From Ignavibacteriota bacterium (GTDB lineage Bacteria > Bacteroidota > Ignavibacteria > Palsa-1295), in contig CAWBEI010000002.1 in NCBI GenBank assembly GCA_963787835.1, forward strand, positions 1,824,001-1,888,000: a stretch of 64,000 nucleotides of DNA. The letters run 5' to 3'. Below are positions 51,124-61,662 of the stretch, in pieces (position 1 is the first letter of the stretch; every line of letters begins with the position of its first letter). Below the pieces are notes generated by a model. It was given only the letters and a program-made list of their open reading frames with translations, did no database searches and was not told where the DNA came from. Both the position numbers and the translations under genes were made by a program.

Positions 51124-51154
51124 TCTCCAAGAGACCTCCGAGAGATCTCCGTGA
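51122..51154 (+). promoter_or_regulatory. Three tandem 11-bp direct repeats (OmpR/PhoB-type operator candidate)
   Basis: GATCTCCAAGA / GACCTCCGAGA / GATCTCCGTGA. Confidence 0.45.
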
Positions 51155-51233
51155 GCCGCGGCTTTCGCTCGCCGCGTCAGGATAGTGTGGACGATGCACG
51201 ATCTTTTTCGTGCGTGTTCGTCCAGGAGGTTGC

Positions 51234-51770
51234 ATGCACCGTGCGCTCAAGGTCTGCCTCTGTCTCGCTCTGCTTTCCTCGGTAGCGTTTGCCGACCCGC
51301 CGGCACCGCCGAGCGATGGCCCGACGTTTCGCAACGGCTTCTCGGCCTCGGTCGGTGAGGAGTTCGGATCCGGGCCGTCGTCCGGGTTCTCCGGGCAGCT
51401 CTACGGTGTCGACTGGCGCATCGGCGCCGCGATCAACCCGAGCCTCGCGGTCTACCTCGACTCGCACCTCTCGCTCGGCACCGCGAAGATCGGCACGACC
51501 TCGGGCTACACCGGCAACTTCGCGTCCGCGGGCATCCTCGAATACACGATGTCGCAGGGCCTGTTCGTCGGCGGCGGCGGCGGCTACGGCGTGCTCAACA
51601 ACCCGAGCGGCCCGCTCGCGCAGGTCCGCGTCGGCTGGTATCCGTTCGGACACGCCGCCGACGTCTCTCGACACTTCGACGTCGCGGTCGACGCGCGCTG
51701 GTACTTCGCGGGCGACGCGATCGGCACCGTGACGCACGTGGCGCTGACGATCGGCTACGACCGGTTCTGA
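51234..51770 (+). CDS. Small outer-membrane beta-barrel-like protein
   Basis: Signal peptide ending AFA; alternating beta-strand pattern; C-terminal Phe; GGAGG ribosome-binding site. Confidence 0.6.
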   Translation: MHRALKVCLCLALLSSVAFADPPAPPSDGPTFRNGFSASVGEEFGSGPSSGFSGQLYGVDWRIGAAINPSLAVYLDSHLSLGTAKIGTTSGYTGNFASAGILEYTMSQGLFVGGGGGYGVLNNPSGPLAQVRVGWYPFGHAADVSRHFDVAVDARWYFAGDAIGTVTHVALTIGYDRF

Positions 51771-51794
51771 TCGCGCGCGCTTGTATCTCCTCCA

Positions 51795-52000
51795 CGGTGA
51801 GTAGCCGCGAGGCGCAGTACGCTTCCCCGCGTGGGAAGCACAACGGATCGGGAGAGGGTCGCCGTGAGGCGCTCGAGGCTGCGTCCTCGGGACTGAGATT
51901 GGCGCCCTCGCCCGATGCTTTAGGCTCGAACGGTATCCTGAGGCCTGGGAAGTCCCGGGGTCCTCGCATGGACAAGCACGAGCAGGAGCATCGGCCCCGA
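51795..52000 (+). ncRNA. Predicted bridge RNA of the IS110 element (ends approximate)
   Basis: 5' hairpin (51821-51839) followed by two stem/internal-loop/stem modules whose loop strands match the target and donor junction sequences (see findings). Confidence 0.75.
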
Positions 52001-52033
52001 GGCTCTCGATCGACTTCCCCGAGGAGCAAGCAG

Positions 52034-53216
52034 ATGCGTTTCGCGGGGATCGACATTGGAGCCGAACGCCACGTGGTCGCAGTCGTCGACGACACGGGGG
52101 CAACAGTCACGAAATCGACGCAGTTCGCCGAAGACGCAGGCGGTTACGAGCGCGCGCGGGCGCTGCTCGGCGAGCCCAAGGAGGTGCTCGTCGCGATGGA
52201 GGCGACCGGTCACTACTGGCAGAACCTGTTCGCGGTCCTGGCCGCGCACGGCTACGCGATCGCGCTCATCAATCCGCTGCGGACCGCACGGTTCGCCGGC
52301 GAGGAGATGGCACGGACCAAGACGGATGCGATCGACGCGCTCGGGATCGCGCGCTTCGCACAGCAGAAGCGACCGGCGGCAACGCCGTTGACCGACGCCG
52401 TCACGCTCGAGCTCCGCGAGCTCGTGCTGATGCGCGAGCGCTTCGTGCAGGAGCTCGGCGACAAGGTCCGCCAGCTGCACCGCGTCGTCGACCTCGGCTT
52501 CCCCGAGCTGACGCGGCACGTGAAGACCCTGGACAGCGACCTGGCGCTGACACTGCTGCACGAGCTGCCGACGGCCGCCTCGTACAAAGGCGTCACGCCC
52601 GGGTGCATCGCGAAACTGGTCTACGACGGCCGCCACAAGATCGAGCTGGAGCTCGCGAAGGCGATCTTCGCAGCGGCGGCGACGTCGGTCGGGCAGCATC
52701 ACGGTCCTGCGTTTCAGCTCGAGATCCGCTACCTGTGCGAGCACATCCGACTGCTCAAGAAGCAGCTCAAGACGCTGGAGGCCGACATCGAGCGCAAGCT
52801 CGAGGACAACGAGGTCGGTCAATTGCTGACGACGATCCCCGGCATCGGGCCGCAGACTTCAGCGCGCATCATCGCGGCCGTGGTCGACCCGGCGCGCTTC
52901 CGCGACGGCGCTGCATTTGCATCGTACCTCGGCGTCGTGCCGGCGCTGCGACACTCCGGCAAGCACGCGCCGCTCCGCGCCGGAATCTCGTCGCTGGGGC
53001 ATGCGCGCTTGCGCAAGAACCCTGGATGCCGGTCATGACGGCCGTCCGCAAGAACCCGTGGCTCAAGGCCTTCTAGAACGTCTCGTCGCCGCCGGCAAGC
53101 TCAAGAAGGTCGCGCTCGTCGCCGCCATGCGGAAACTCGCGCACGCGATCTACAGCGTCGCGAAGAACCGCCGTCCGTTCGTCCCGCGCCTCGCCGCGGT
53201 CAGCGAGGCAGCATGA
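52034..53216 (+). CDS. IS110 DEDD transposase/recombinase (two apparent frameshifts, ~53020 and ~53074)
   Basis: FAGIDIG, AMEATGHYW, LINP, KTDAIDA, TIPGIG, YLGVVP...HSG, VAAMRKL. Confidence 0.93.
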
Positions 53217-53241
53217 AACGCTTGACGAAGAACACGGTATC

Positions 53242-53799
53242 TCAGTCCGCGGGGCAGGTGACGAGCACGTCGCTGTTCCACGTGCCCAGCGTGTCCATCG
53301 TCGGCATCGCGGGGTTGAGGATGTGCGCCTCGAACGTGTGGTTGATGATGTCGTAGAAGTCGGGATCCGCCGTCACGGTCGCGGGGTACACGAACGGCGC
53401 GGTGTCGGTGTCGGAGTCGGAGCCGGACCCGGACCCGGAACCCGAGCCGGACCCGGTCTCGTCGAGATCGAGCACGAGGTCGGAGCCGATCGCGACGTGA
53501 TCGTGGATCCCGGTGCGCGTGAACGACGCGACGTGACCGCCCTCGTCATCCGCGTCTTCGCTCGGCTGCAAGTAGTAGAGCTCGACCGCCGCCGAGCCCG
53601 CGGTCGGACAGCCGACGAAGAAGATCGGATCTTCGATCCCGACATCGGGCGGCGGCGTGCCGAACACCGCGATCGCGACCCCCTGCGAGACCGGCGCGAC
53701 GTCGGCATCGGGGCCGGTGTTGCCTGCATCGATCGTCGAGTCGCTCGCGTTGCGACACGCCGCGAGCGCGAGCAGCGCGAGCGCCGGCGCGCGCGTCAC
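53242..53799 (-). CDS. Hypothetical lipoprotein with GSGS/DSDT linker
   Basis: GTG start overlaps the upstream stop; lipobox LAAC; its TGA abuts the IS110 right end. Confidence 0.6.
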   Translation of the reverse strand: MTRAPALALLALAACRNASDSTIDAGNTGPDADVAPVSQGVAIAVFGTPPPDVGIEDPIFFVGCPTAGSAAVELYYLQPSEDADDEGGHVASFTRTGIHDHVAIGSDLVLDLDETGSGSGSGSGSGSDSDTDTAPFVYPATVTADPDFYDIINHTFEAHILNPAMPTMDTLGTWNSDVLVTCPAD

Positions 53800-56700
53800 G
53801 CCGGCCCCGGCGGCACGAGGCTCGGTCCGGGCATCACGCGCGGCGGCTCGCCGCCCGCGGACAGCAGCTGCCACGCGGTCGTCCACGCGGTCCAGCGCAG
53901 CGGCTCGCGACCGAACAGCGCGCTCCTGCCCTCGAGCATCGGCGCTTCGAGCCCGGTGATCATCTCACCGCGCATCGCGGGAGCCAGCTGGCGCGCATGC
54001 AGGTCGTACACGATCTCGGCAGCGTAACCGGGGCCGGGCCACGCGACGAGGCCCTCGCGCGAGACGTCGTAGGCGGGCACTCTGCCCGATGTGCCGCGCA
54101 GCACATCCTCGAGCTGCTCGCGCACGACGTCGACACCGGCGAGCTTGTAGAAGCCGGCGAGCGCGATCTCGAAGATCGCGCGCTGATCGGCGGGCAGCTG
54201 CGCGATCCAGCCGCGCACCGGCACGCTCGCGAGCAGCCAGCCCGATTGCTCCTCGAACGCGATCGTCGCCGGCTCGTCGCCGACGCTCGGCGCGGCGAGC
54301 GCGATCTGCGCGCGATTCGACGCGAGCTCGACGTGCGCGACCGCGACATCGGTCGCGTGAAACGGCGTCGCCTCGTCGAGCATCGCGACGAGCTCGCGCT
54401 CGGCGAACTTCGCGATCGCCTCCTCGACGTGGTGCAACGCCTCGCGATGCTTGGCGACGCCGCGCTCGTCGCTCTTGCGCGCCGATCGCCGCAGCTTCGC
54501 GTACAGCTTCGGGATCGTGCCGCTGTGAAAGCCGGGCCGCAGCAGCGACGTCATCGTCTCGCCGTGATGGCCGAAGCCGACCGCGCGCAGCTCGTCGGGC
54601 CGGGTCGCCGCGTACAGCTTCCAGTTCTCCTTGAGCTCCCAGACCAGGAAGCCGGCGACCCCGGGGATCATGAACAGCATGAAGCCGGCGAGCCCGCGAC
54701 CGAGCGTCGCGCCGAGCGCGGCCGACAGCGGCGGCGTCATCGCGTCGAGCAGCGGGCGCATGAACGGCAGCGTCACCTTCGCCGCGACCGTCACGACCGG
54801 GAAGTGCTTCACCGGATTGACGACCGGCTCGAACATCAGGTTGACGAACATGCGCAGCAGGTAGGTCAGGAAGAACCACAGCGTGCCGAACACGCCCTTG
54901 AGCACGATCGTCACCGGCGATTGGCCGGCGCGGAAACGGAAGAACTCGTCGACGCGATAGAGCGCGCGGTCGAACAGCTCGATCAGGCGCGCGAACACGT
55001 CGATGATGAGCTTGATGACGCCGGGCAGCAGTCGGCGCGCGACGTGCCGGCTCGACATCACCAGCCAATCGGACAGCAGCTCCCACGCGAGCCGACCGCG
55101 CTGCGAGTTGATGACGAGCGCGACCACCGCGAACACGGCGATCGCGAGCGGCCAGCGAATGTCGCCGCCGAACAGCAGCACCGCGATCACCGCCGGGATC
55201 GCCGGCTCGAGCGCATAGCGCGCGACCTTGCTGCGCACGACGAACCGCACGGCCGGCAGGCGCCAGATCGCGAGCGGCAGATCGAACAGGATCAAGCGCA
55301 GGCCGCGACCGGTCATGCGCAGGGCGATCAGCGACCCGCGGCGCACGGCGGTGACGTGCAGGAGCAGGAACACGAAGATGCCGACGCTGACGTACGTCGG
55401 CATCGGATCGGCGAGCTCGAGCTCGATGCCGGTCGTCAGGTGGATGATCGCGCCGCCGAGGTGCTCGATCCCGATGACCGAGACGTACGCCGCGATCGCC
55501 GGCAGCAGCACGTACATGCTGACGCCGCGGCCGATCGGCGTGCCGAACAGGATCGACGACAGCTTCTGCAGCCCGCGCAGATAGATCTCGCCGCGGCGAT
55601 ACACGCCGTCGAGCGTGGTCGCGAGGATCTTGTCCGCGCGCAGCAGCTGATCGCCGCGCACGAGATGCTCCGCGCGGAGATCGCGCATCTTGAGATCGTT
55701 GTGCGACAGCGCGTCGCGCAGGTTGCCGAGCGACAGCCGGCCGACGTCGACCGCGCGATCGAGCAGCTCGTCGACGAGCTTCTTCTGCGCGACGCGCTCG
55801 GGCAGGTTGCCCGGGCGAAGATCGACCTCGTCGAGCGCCGCCTCGATCTTCGGGCGCAGCACGTGCCGCACCTGATGATCCGCGTGCTCGACCATGTCGT
55901 GCACCGCGGTCGCGAGCTGCTCGCGCTCGTCCGACGACACGAGGCCGACCTCCGCGATCTTCTTGTTCGCGGAGTGCACGTGCTTCGCGAGCCGGATCTC
56001 GCGCATCGCGGGCAGCGCGCGCACGACCGGCTGCTTGCCGAGCGACATCGCCCACGTCACGACGTCGACGACGCGATCCTCGCGTCCCCAGTCGACGACC
56101 GCCGATTGCAGATCGTGGAGCAGCCGCGCGCCCGCGGTGTAGCGCACGACGCGCTGGCCCGCGGCGTAGCGCGCCACCGGCAGCAGGGCGGCGGTCCAGG
56201 TCTCGGCGGGGACGCCCCCCAGCGCGGCCGCGAGCCGCGAGGTCAGCGCGTCGAGATCCGCGCGCGCGGCGTCGTCGTCACCGGCGCGCAGCGCGAGGAT
56301 CGCGGCGCGTGCGTGGTTGCCCTTCGCGCGCGCGGCGTCGGCGGCCGGTCGCACGGATGGATCGCGCACGACGCGCAGCGGCGCGCGCGTGCGCACCGCG
56401 CTCGCGTGGTTCTCGAGCTCGGGACGCTCGGGCGCGGCGGCGGGACGACTCGTGGCGAGCAGCGCGGCGTCGTCGAGGTCGAGCGCGATCGTCGCGTCGA
56501 CGTGCGTCGAGTGATGCAGCGTCGGGAACATGCGCGCGATCTCGCGCGGCGCGAAGTGCTTGAGCTCGAGATAGAGCGCGACGAACTCGACGTAGGTCGT
56601 GAGGTCGTCGTCGGGTGGAAGCAGCGTGTCCTCCGCGCGCAACACGACGCGGATCTCGTCGAACTCGGTCTCGCCGATGCGGTGCACGCGCTCGTGGATC

Positions 56701-57050
56701 GCGGCCGCGGTCAGCGCGCGCTCGGTGCCGACGCGCGCGTCGAACATCGCGTGCACGCGGCCGTGAAAGATCGCGCGCCACGCGGCGGTCCACGCATCGG
56801 CGCTTCCGCTCGCGAGCGCGCCGCGATCGCCGCGAAACGCGACGACCTCGTCGGGCAAGCCCGCGATCGCCGCGACCTGCGGCTCGAGCTCGGCGAGCGC
56901 GCTGCGCGACAGCGCGTAGCTGTCGGCGTGCGGCACCTGCAGCCCGATGCCGGGCAACCCGCGGTGGTGCTTGATCACCCGCCGCAGCGCGCGGTCCTCG
57001 ACGACCACAGCGCCGACCGCGGCGAGCTGCGCATCGAGATCGTCCACCAC
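53796..57050 (-). CDS. Large multi-pass membrane protein of unknown function
   Basis: 1084 aa; helical N-terminal half, several TM segments, then VNPVKHFPVVTV, GFLVWELKENW, LRPGFHSGTIPKLY. Confidence 0.75.
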   Translation of the reverse strand: MVDDLDAQLAAVGAVVVEDRALRRVIKHHRGLPGIGLQVPHADSYALSRSALAELEPQVAAIAGLPDEVVAFRGDRGALASGSADAWTAAWRAIFHGRVHAMFDARVGTERALTAAAIHERVHRIGETEFDEIRVVLRAEDTLLPPDDDLTTYVEFVALYLELKHFAPREIARMFPTLHHSTHVDATIALDLDDAALLATSRPAAAPERPELENHASAVRTRAPLRVVRDPSVRPAADAARAKGNHARAAILALRAGDDDAARADLDALTSRLAAALGGVPAETWTAALLPVARYAAGQRVVRYTAGARLLHDLQSAVVDWGREDRVVDVVTWAMSLGKQPVVRALPAMREIRLAKHVHSANKKIAEVGLVSSDEREQLATAVHDMVEHADHQVRHVLRPKIEAALDEVDLRPGNLPERVAQKKLVDELLDRAVDVGRLSLGNLRDALSHNDLKMRDLRAEHLVRGDQLLRADKILATTLDGVYRRGEIYLRGLQKLSSILFGTPIGRGVSMYVLLPAIAAYVSVIGIEHLGGAIIHLTTGIELELADPMPTYVSVGIFVFLLLHVTAVRRGSLIALRMTGRGLRLILFDLPLAIWRLPAVRFVVRSKVARYALEPAIPAVIAVLLFGGDIRWPLAIAVFAVVALVINSQRGRLAWELLSDWLVMSSRHVARRLLPGVIKLIIDVFARLIELFDRALYRVDEFFRFRAGQSPVTIVLKGVFGTLWFFLTYLLRMFVNLMFEPVVNPVKHFPVVTVAAKVTLPFMRPLLDAMTPPLSAALGATLGRGLAGFMLFMIPGVAGFLVWELKENWKLYAATRPDELRAVGFGHHGETMTSLLRPGFHSGTIPKLYAKLRRSARKSDERGVAKHREALHHVEEAIAKFAERELVAMLDEATPFHATDVAVAHVELASNRAQIALAAPSVGDEPATIAFEEQSGWLLASVPVRGWIAQLPADQRAIFEIALAGFYKLAGVDVVREQLEDVLRGTSGRVPAYDVSREGLVAWPGPGYAAEIVYDLHARQLAPAMRGEMITGLEAPMLEGRSALFGREPLRWTAWTTAWQLLSAGGEPPRVMPGPSLVPPGPA

Positions 57051-57154
57051 GCCACCATAACATCTGCCTCGCGCGGCGTCGTTCGTGCGGTCAGCGCGAC
57101 TGTGTGTGCAGCGCGCCGGTCTGCATGAGCCAGAACCGCGTTACGCTCGCCGCG

Positions 57155-57885
57155 ATGGGAGTCGTCCGCGGGATCGGGCTGGCGTCTTGTTCGCGCTCGG
57201 CGCGCTGACCGGGCTCGCGGTCGGCGCGCTCGTCATCTTCTGGGTGAGCCTGTATCGCGGCAAGCGCGCGGTGCACGCGGACGGCGTGCTGTGCCGCGCC
57301 GAGGTCATCGCGCGCGACGACGTGGTCGGACCGGCGCTCGCGGGCACCGCGATCGTGCGCTTGTCGGGCGCGTTCGCGGGCACGGCCACGACCGGGCACG
57401 ACGTGCTCGGCATGGACATCCGGTTCCAGCGCGCTGCCTCGGACGACGCGAGCGTCGGCGATCAGGATCTGCTGCTCGGCAGCTTCGAGTCCTTTCACAC
57501 CGCACCGCACGACGAGCAGACGACCGACGCGGTCGACTACCTCGACAACGTCTATTCGACGGTCACGCCGTGGTGGACGCCGGGTCACGGTCCGGTCGTG
57601 TGGCACGTCGAGCGGCCCGCGCGCCGCGCCGCCGACCGCGCCGCCGATCGCACGGGGCGCCTCGACGCCGACATCGTCGACGACGTCGCGCGCATCGTGC
57701 TGCGCATCGCCGACGCGCCGGTCGCCGAGCTCCGCTTGACCTCGCGCCTCGCGTCCGATCAGCGATCGCTGCGCGCGTCGATGTTCCACGTCGGCCGGCG
57801 CGTTCGCCCGGTCGGGTTTCGCAACGGCATCCGCGCGACGGTCTATCCAATCAGTCAATTCGCCCGCGGTTTGCGCGGCGGCTAG
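57155..57885 (+). CDS. Catalase-like fold protein with N-terminal membrane anchor (probable frameshift ~57185)
   Basis: KRAVHADG...AIVRLSG...DVLGMDIRF...QDLLL resembles the N-terminal half of heme-catalase-related proteins; TACGCT-N7-ATG at 57155. Confidence 0.5.
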
Positions 57886-57927
57886 CTGAGAACGCCGGGG
57901 CACTGCGTGTAAGCTGCAAGGCCGAGG

Positions 57928-60900
57928 GTGCAGGAGACCGCGAGCGCGACCGAGCGGTACCAGGTGCTTCGCCGGATCGGCGCGGGCGGGATGGGTGTGG
58001 TCTACGAAGCGGAGGATCGCGAGCGCGGCCAGAAGGTCGCGCTCAAGACGATCGCGAATCCGAACGTCGAGAAGGTGCGGCTGCTCAAGCGCGAGTTCCG
58101 CGAGATCGCCGATCTCAGCCATCCGAACCTCGTCGCGCTCTACGATCTCGTGGTCGACACCGAGTCGTGCTTCTTCACGATGGAGCTGCTCGACGGCGTC
58201 GATCTGCTCGCGTATCTTTGGAGGCGCTCGCCGGACGGCGATCTCGCGCACGCCGCGACCACGACGAGCGGCGCGCGACCGGCTCCGGGCGCGGTCGTCG
58301 TCGCCGATGGCGAGGCGCCGACCGAGAGCGGCGCGCGCCCGACGCCGTGTCACTTCGATCGCCTGCGCGCGGCGTTGCCGCAGCTCGCGCGCGGCCTCCA
58401 CGCGCTGCACGCGGCCGGCAAGATCCATCGCGACATCAAGCCGTCGAACGTGCAGGTCACGAGCGATGGCCGCGCGGTGCTGCTCGACTTCGGGCTCGTC
58501 GCCGAGCTCGAGCGCCGCGACGCGGGCGACGGCATGATCGCCGGCACGATCGCGTACATGGCGCCCGAGCAATGCGCGGGCGACGTGCGGCTGACGCCGG
58601 CCGCCGACTGGTACGCGCTCGGCGTCGTGCTGTTTCACGCGCTCACCGCGCGGCTGCCGTTCGAGGGCGCGCCGGCGCGCGTGCTGCTCGAGAAGCAGAT
58701 GCAGAGCGCACCGCGCGCGTCGCGGATCGCGTCGGGCATCCCGGCCGATCTCGACGAGCTGTGCGCCGAGCTGCTCGAGCGCGAGCCGAACGATCGCCCG
58801 ACCGGCCCGATGGTCTTGCGCCGGCTCGGCGTCGGTGAAGCGGATGGCGCGCGCGTGCCGGTGCACAGCCTGTCGCGCGACGGCGGCTTCTCCGGCCGCG
58901 ATGCCGAGCTCGCGCAGCTCGAGGCGGCGCTCGAGCCGCTGTCGCGCCATCGCGCCGCGGTCGCGGTCGTGCGCGCGCCGAGCGGCATGGGCAAGACGTC
59001 GCTCGTCACGCGCTTCTTCGAGCGCGTGCGCGCGACGCACGACGACGTGCTGCTGCTGCGCGGTCGCTGCCTCGAGCGCGAGGACGTTCCGTACAAGGCG
59101 ATCGATCACCTGATCGACGATCTGTCCGACTGGTGGCTCGGCCTGCCGCCGAAAGAGGCGCAGGCGCTGTTGCCGCGCGACGCGTGCCTGCTGCCGACGC
59201 TGTTCCCGGTGCTCGATCGCGTGCCCGCGATCGCCGACGCGCCGCGCACGCGCCAGATCGCCGATCCGCAGGCGCGGCGCACGAACGCGTTCGATGCGCT
59301 GCGCGAGACGCTGCAGCGGCTCGGCGATCGGCGGACGGTCGTGCTGTTCCTCGACGACATGCAGTGGGTCGATCGCGACACGACCGCGCTGATCACCGAT
59401 CTCATGCGCGCGCCGGATCCGCCGCCGCTGCTGCTCGTGCTCGCGTCGCGCTCGGACGACACCGCGGTCGTCGAGCTCGTGAAGCGCATGGACGTCGAGC
59501 CGACGTTCGTCGATCTCGGGCCGCTGCCGCACGACGCGGCGATCGCGCTCGCGATGTCGCAGCTCGGCGATACGAACGTCGAGGCGGTGCATCGCCTCGT
59601 CGCGGAGGCCGACGGCAGCCCGCTGTTCTTGATCGAGCTGACGCGCTATCTGCAGGGCCACTCGCTCGCCGACATCGCGGGCAAGGGCCTCGATGCGATG
59701 CTCGCCGAGCGCATCTCCGGGCTCGGCGACGACGCGCGCTTGCTCGCCGAGATGGTCGCGGTCGCGGGCGAGCCGCTGACCCGCCGCGTGCTCGGCGCGG
59801 CGTCGAACGTGCCGACCGCGGAGCTGTCGCGCCAGCTGCAGCTGCTGCGCGCGCAACGCGTGGTGCGCAGCTCCGGCTCGCGCGCCGACGACACGATCGA
59901 GCCGTATCACGCGCGCATCCGCGTCGCGGTGTCCGCGGCGGTGCCCGCCGAGCGCAAGATGAAGCATCACCGCGCGATCGCGACCGCGCTGTCGGGCAAG
60001 GGCACCGCGGATCAGCTCGCGCGCCACTGGTACGGCGCGGGCGATCGCGATCATGCCGCGGGTCATGCGCGCCGCGCCGGCGACGACGCGCGCGCGAAGC
60101 TCGACTTCGATCTGTCGTCGCGCTGGTACGCGATCGCGCTCGAGGGCTCGCAGTGGAGCGACGCCGAGCGCCGCGAGCTCCGCACGCAGCTCGCCGACGC
60201 GCTCGCGGATGCCGGCCGCCCGCGCGACGCGGCCGATCAATATCTCGTCGCGACCGAGGGCGCCGATGGCGCGACCGCGCTCGAGCTGCGCCGGCGCGCG
60301 TCCGCGTCGCTGCTGCAATCGGGCTACGTCGCGGAGGGTCTCGAGATGACGCGGCAGGTGCTCGCCGCGGTCGGCCTCGCGATGGCGAAGACACCGTTGC
60401 GCTCGCTGCTGTCGATGCTGCTGCGCCGCGCGTGGCTGCGCGTGCGCGGGCTCGGCTTTCGGCCGCGCGCGCTGTCGCAGATCAGCCAGGCCGAGCTGAC
60501 GCGCGTCGACGTGTGCGAGAGCACGTCGTTCGGGCTGCTGCTCGTGGACACGTTCGGCTCGCTGCATTTTGGCACGCGCTTCCTCCAGGTCGCGCTGCAG
60601 CTCGGCGAGACCTGGCGCGTGTCGCGCGCGCTCGCGCTCGAGGCGGATTTTCTCGCGGCCACCGCGAAGCGCGCGCGCGCGTTGCGTCTGCTCGATCGCC
60701 TCGCGGTGATGACCGAGACGCTCGACGCGAAGCCCGCGCAGTCGCAGCTGATCACGACGCGCGCGATGATCGACTTCTTCCTGCACAACCGGTTTCGCGC
60801 CGCGCACACGCAGTTCACCGACGCGATCGCGCGCTATCGCGCGGTCGTCGGGCGCGCGGGCTTCGAGCTCGACACGGTGTGCATGTTCCAGTGCTGGTCG

Positions 60901-61662
60901 CTGTACTACCTCGGCGAGATCGCCGAGCTGTCGCGGCTCGTGCCCGCGATGGCGGAAGCGGCGATGCGCAACGGCAACCGCTACACCGCGGTCACGCTGC
61001 GCTGCGCGTTCCCGGTCGCGTGGCTCGCGCGCCTCACGCCCGATCAGATCGAGGCCGAGCTCGACGCGGCGCTCGGCTCGTGGGCGACGCCCGATGGCGC
61101 GTATCAGCTGCAGCACATGTTCGCGCTGTGCTCGCGCGTCGATCTCGCGCTCTACATCGGCAAGCCGGAGCTCGTGACCGCGCGCATCGCGGAGGAGTGG
61201 CCGAAGATCCGGCGCGCGCTGCTCGATCGCGCACCGCTGCAGGCGCTGCTCGTGCGCACGACGCTCGCGCGCCATCAGCTCGCGCTCGCCGCGGCGGCGC
61301 CGGCCGGATCGCCGGTGCGCAAGGCCGCGCTCGCGAGCGTGCGCCGGCACCTGCGCATGCTGCGCAACATCGACATGCCGCTGATGACGCCGACCGCGCG
61401 CGCGTTCGGCGGCGTCGCGTGCGAGCTCGCGGGCGACGAGGCCGGCGCGATCGCCGCGTATCGCGATGGCATCCCCGGGCTCGAAGCGAGCGACACGCAC
61501 CTGTTCGCGAACGCGTTTCGCGATCGCCTCGGCCGGCTCGTCGGCGGCGACGAGGGCCAGGCGTTGCGCGCGACCACGCACGCCTGGCTCGTCGCCGAAG
61601 GCGTGCGCGATCCCGCCGCGATCCTCAGCATGCTGGTACCCGGCGCGCGAGGCGCCGGCTGA
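57928..61662 (+). CDS. Ser/Thr kinase + STAND/AAA ATPase + helical (TPR-like) protein
   Basis: Intact kinase motifs [26 protein letters not shown]; Walker A APSGMGKT; Walker B LFLDDMQW; GSPLFL. Confidence 0.92.
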   Translation: MQETASATERYQVLRRIGAGGMGVVYEAEDRERGQKVALKTIANPNVEKVRLLKREFREIADLSHPNLVALYDLVVDTESCFFTMELLDGVDLLAYLWRRSPDGDLAHAATTTSGARPAPGAVVVADGEAPTESGARPTPCHFDRLRAALPQLARGLHALHAAGKIHRDIKPSNVQVTSDGRAVLLDFGLVAELERRDAGDGMIAGTIAYMAPEQCAGDVRLTPAADWYALGVVLFHALTARLPFEGAPARVLLEKQMQSAPRASRIASGIPADLDELCAELLEREPNDRPTGPMVLRRLGVGEADGARVPVHSLSRDGGFSGRDAELAQLEAALEPLSRHRAAVAVVRAPSGMGKTSLVTRFFERVRATHDDVLLLRGRCLEREDVPYKAIDHLIDDLSDWWLGLPPKEAQALLPRDACLLPTLFPVLDRVPAIADAPRTRQIADPQARRTNAFDALRETLQRLGDRRTVVLFLDDMQWVDRDTTALITDLMRAPDPPPLLLVLASRSDDTAVVELVKRMDVEPTFVDLGPLPHDAAIALAMSQLGDTNVEAVHRLVAEADGSPLFLIELTRYLQGHSLADIAGKGLDAMLAERISGLGDDARLLAEMVAVAGEPLTRRVLGAASNVPTAELSRQLQLLRAQRVVRSSGSRADDTIEPYHARIRVAVSAAVPAERKMKHHRAIATALSGKGTADQLARHWYGAGDRDHAAGHARRAGDDARAKLDFDLSSRWYAIALEGSQWSDAERRELRTQLADALADAGRPRDAADQYLVATEGADGATALELRRRASASLLQSGYVAEGLEMTRQVLAAVGLAMAKTPLRSLLSMLLRRAWLRVRGLGFRPRALSQISQAELTRVDVCESTSFGLLLVDTFGSLHFGTRFLQVALQLGETWRVSRALALEADFLAATAKRARALRLLDRLAVMTETLDAKPAQSQLITTRAMIDFFLHNRFRAAHTQFTDAIARYRAVVGRAGFELDTVCMFQCWSLYYLGEIAELSRLVPAMAEAAMRNGNRYTAVTLRCAFPVAWLARLTPDQIEAELDAALGSWATPDGAYQLQHMFALCSRVDLALYIGKPELVTARIAEEWPKIRRALLDRAPLQALLVRTTLARHQLALAAAAPAGSPVRKAALASVRRHLRMLRNIDMPLMTPTARAFGGVACELAGDEAGAIAAYRDGIPGLEASDTHLFANAFRDRLGRLVGGDEGQALRATTHAWLVAEGVRDPAAILSMLVPGARGAG

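Larger units (their letters stand above)
51780..53242 (+). mobile_element. IS110-family element (IS621-like layout, CT core at both ends)
   Basis: Left junction GCG-CT-TGTAT; right junction ACGGTAT-CT-CAGTCC; about 250-nt non-coding left end; DEDD recombinase; no terminal inverted repeats. Confidence 0.85.

Noticed and set aside
51783-53243. GTATCTC as a 7-bp target-site duplication of the IS110
   Set aside because: IS110 elements do not make such duplications; the guide matches place the left core at 51780-81, so the left GTATCTC lies inside the element.
53400-53455. Hexamer tandem repeat as a regulatory or contingency locus
   Set aside because: In-frame GSGS/DSDT linker within a lipoprotein gene.
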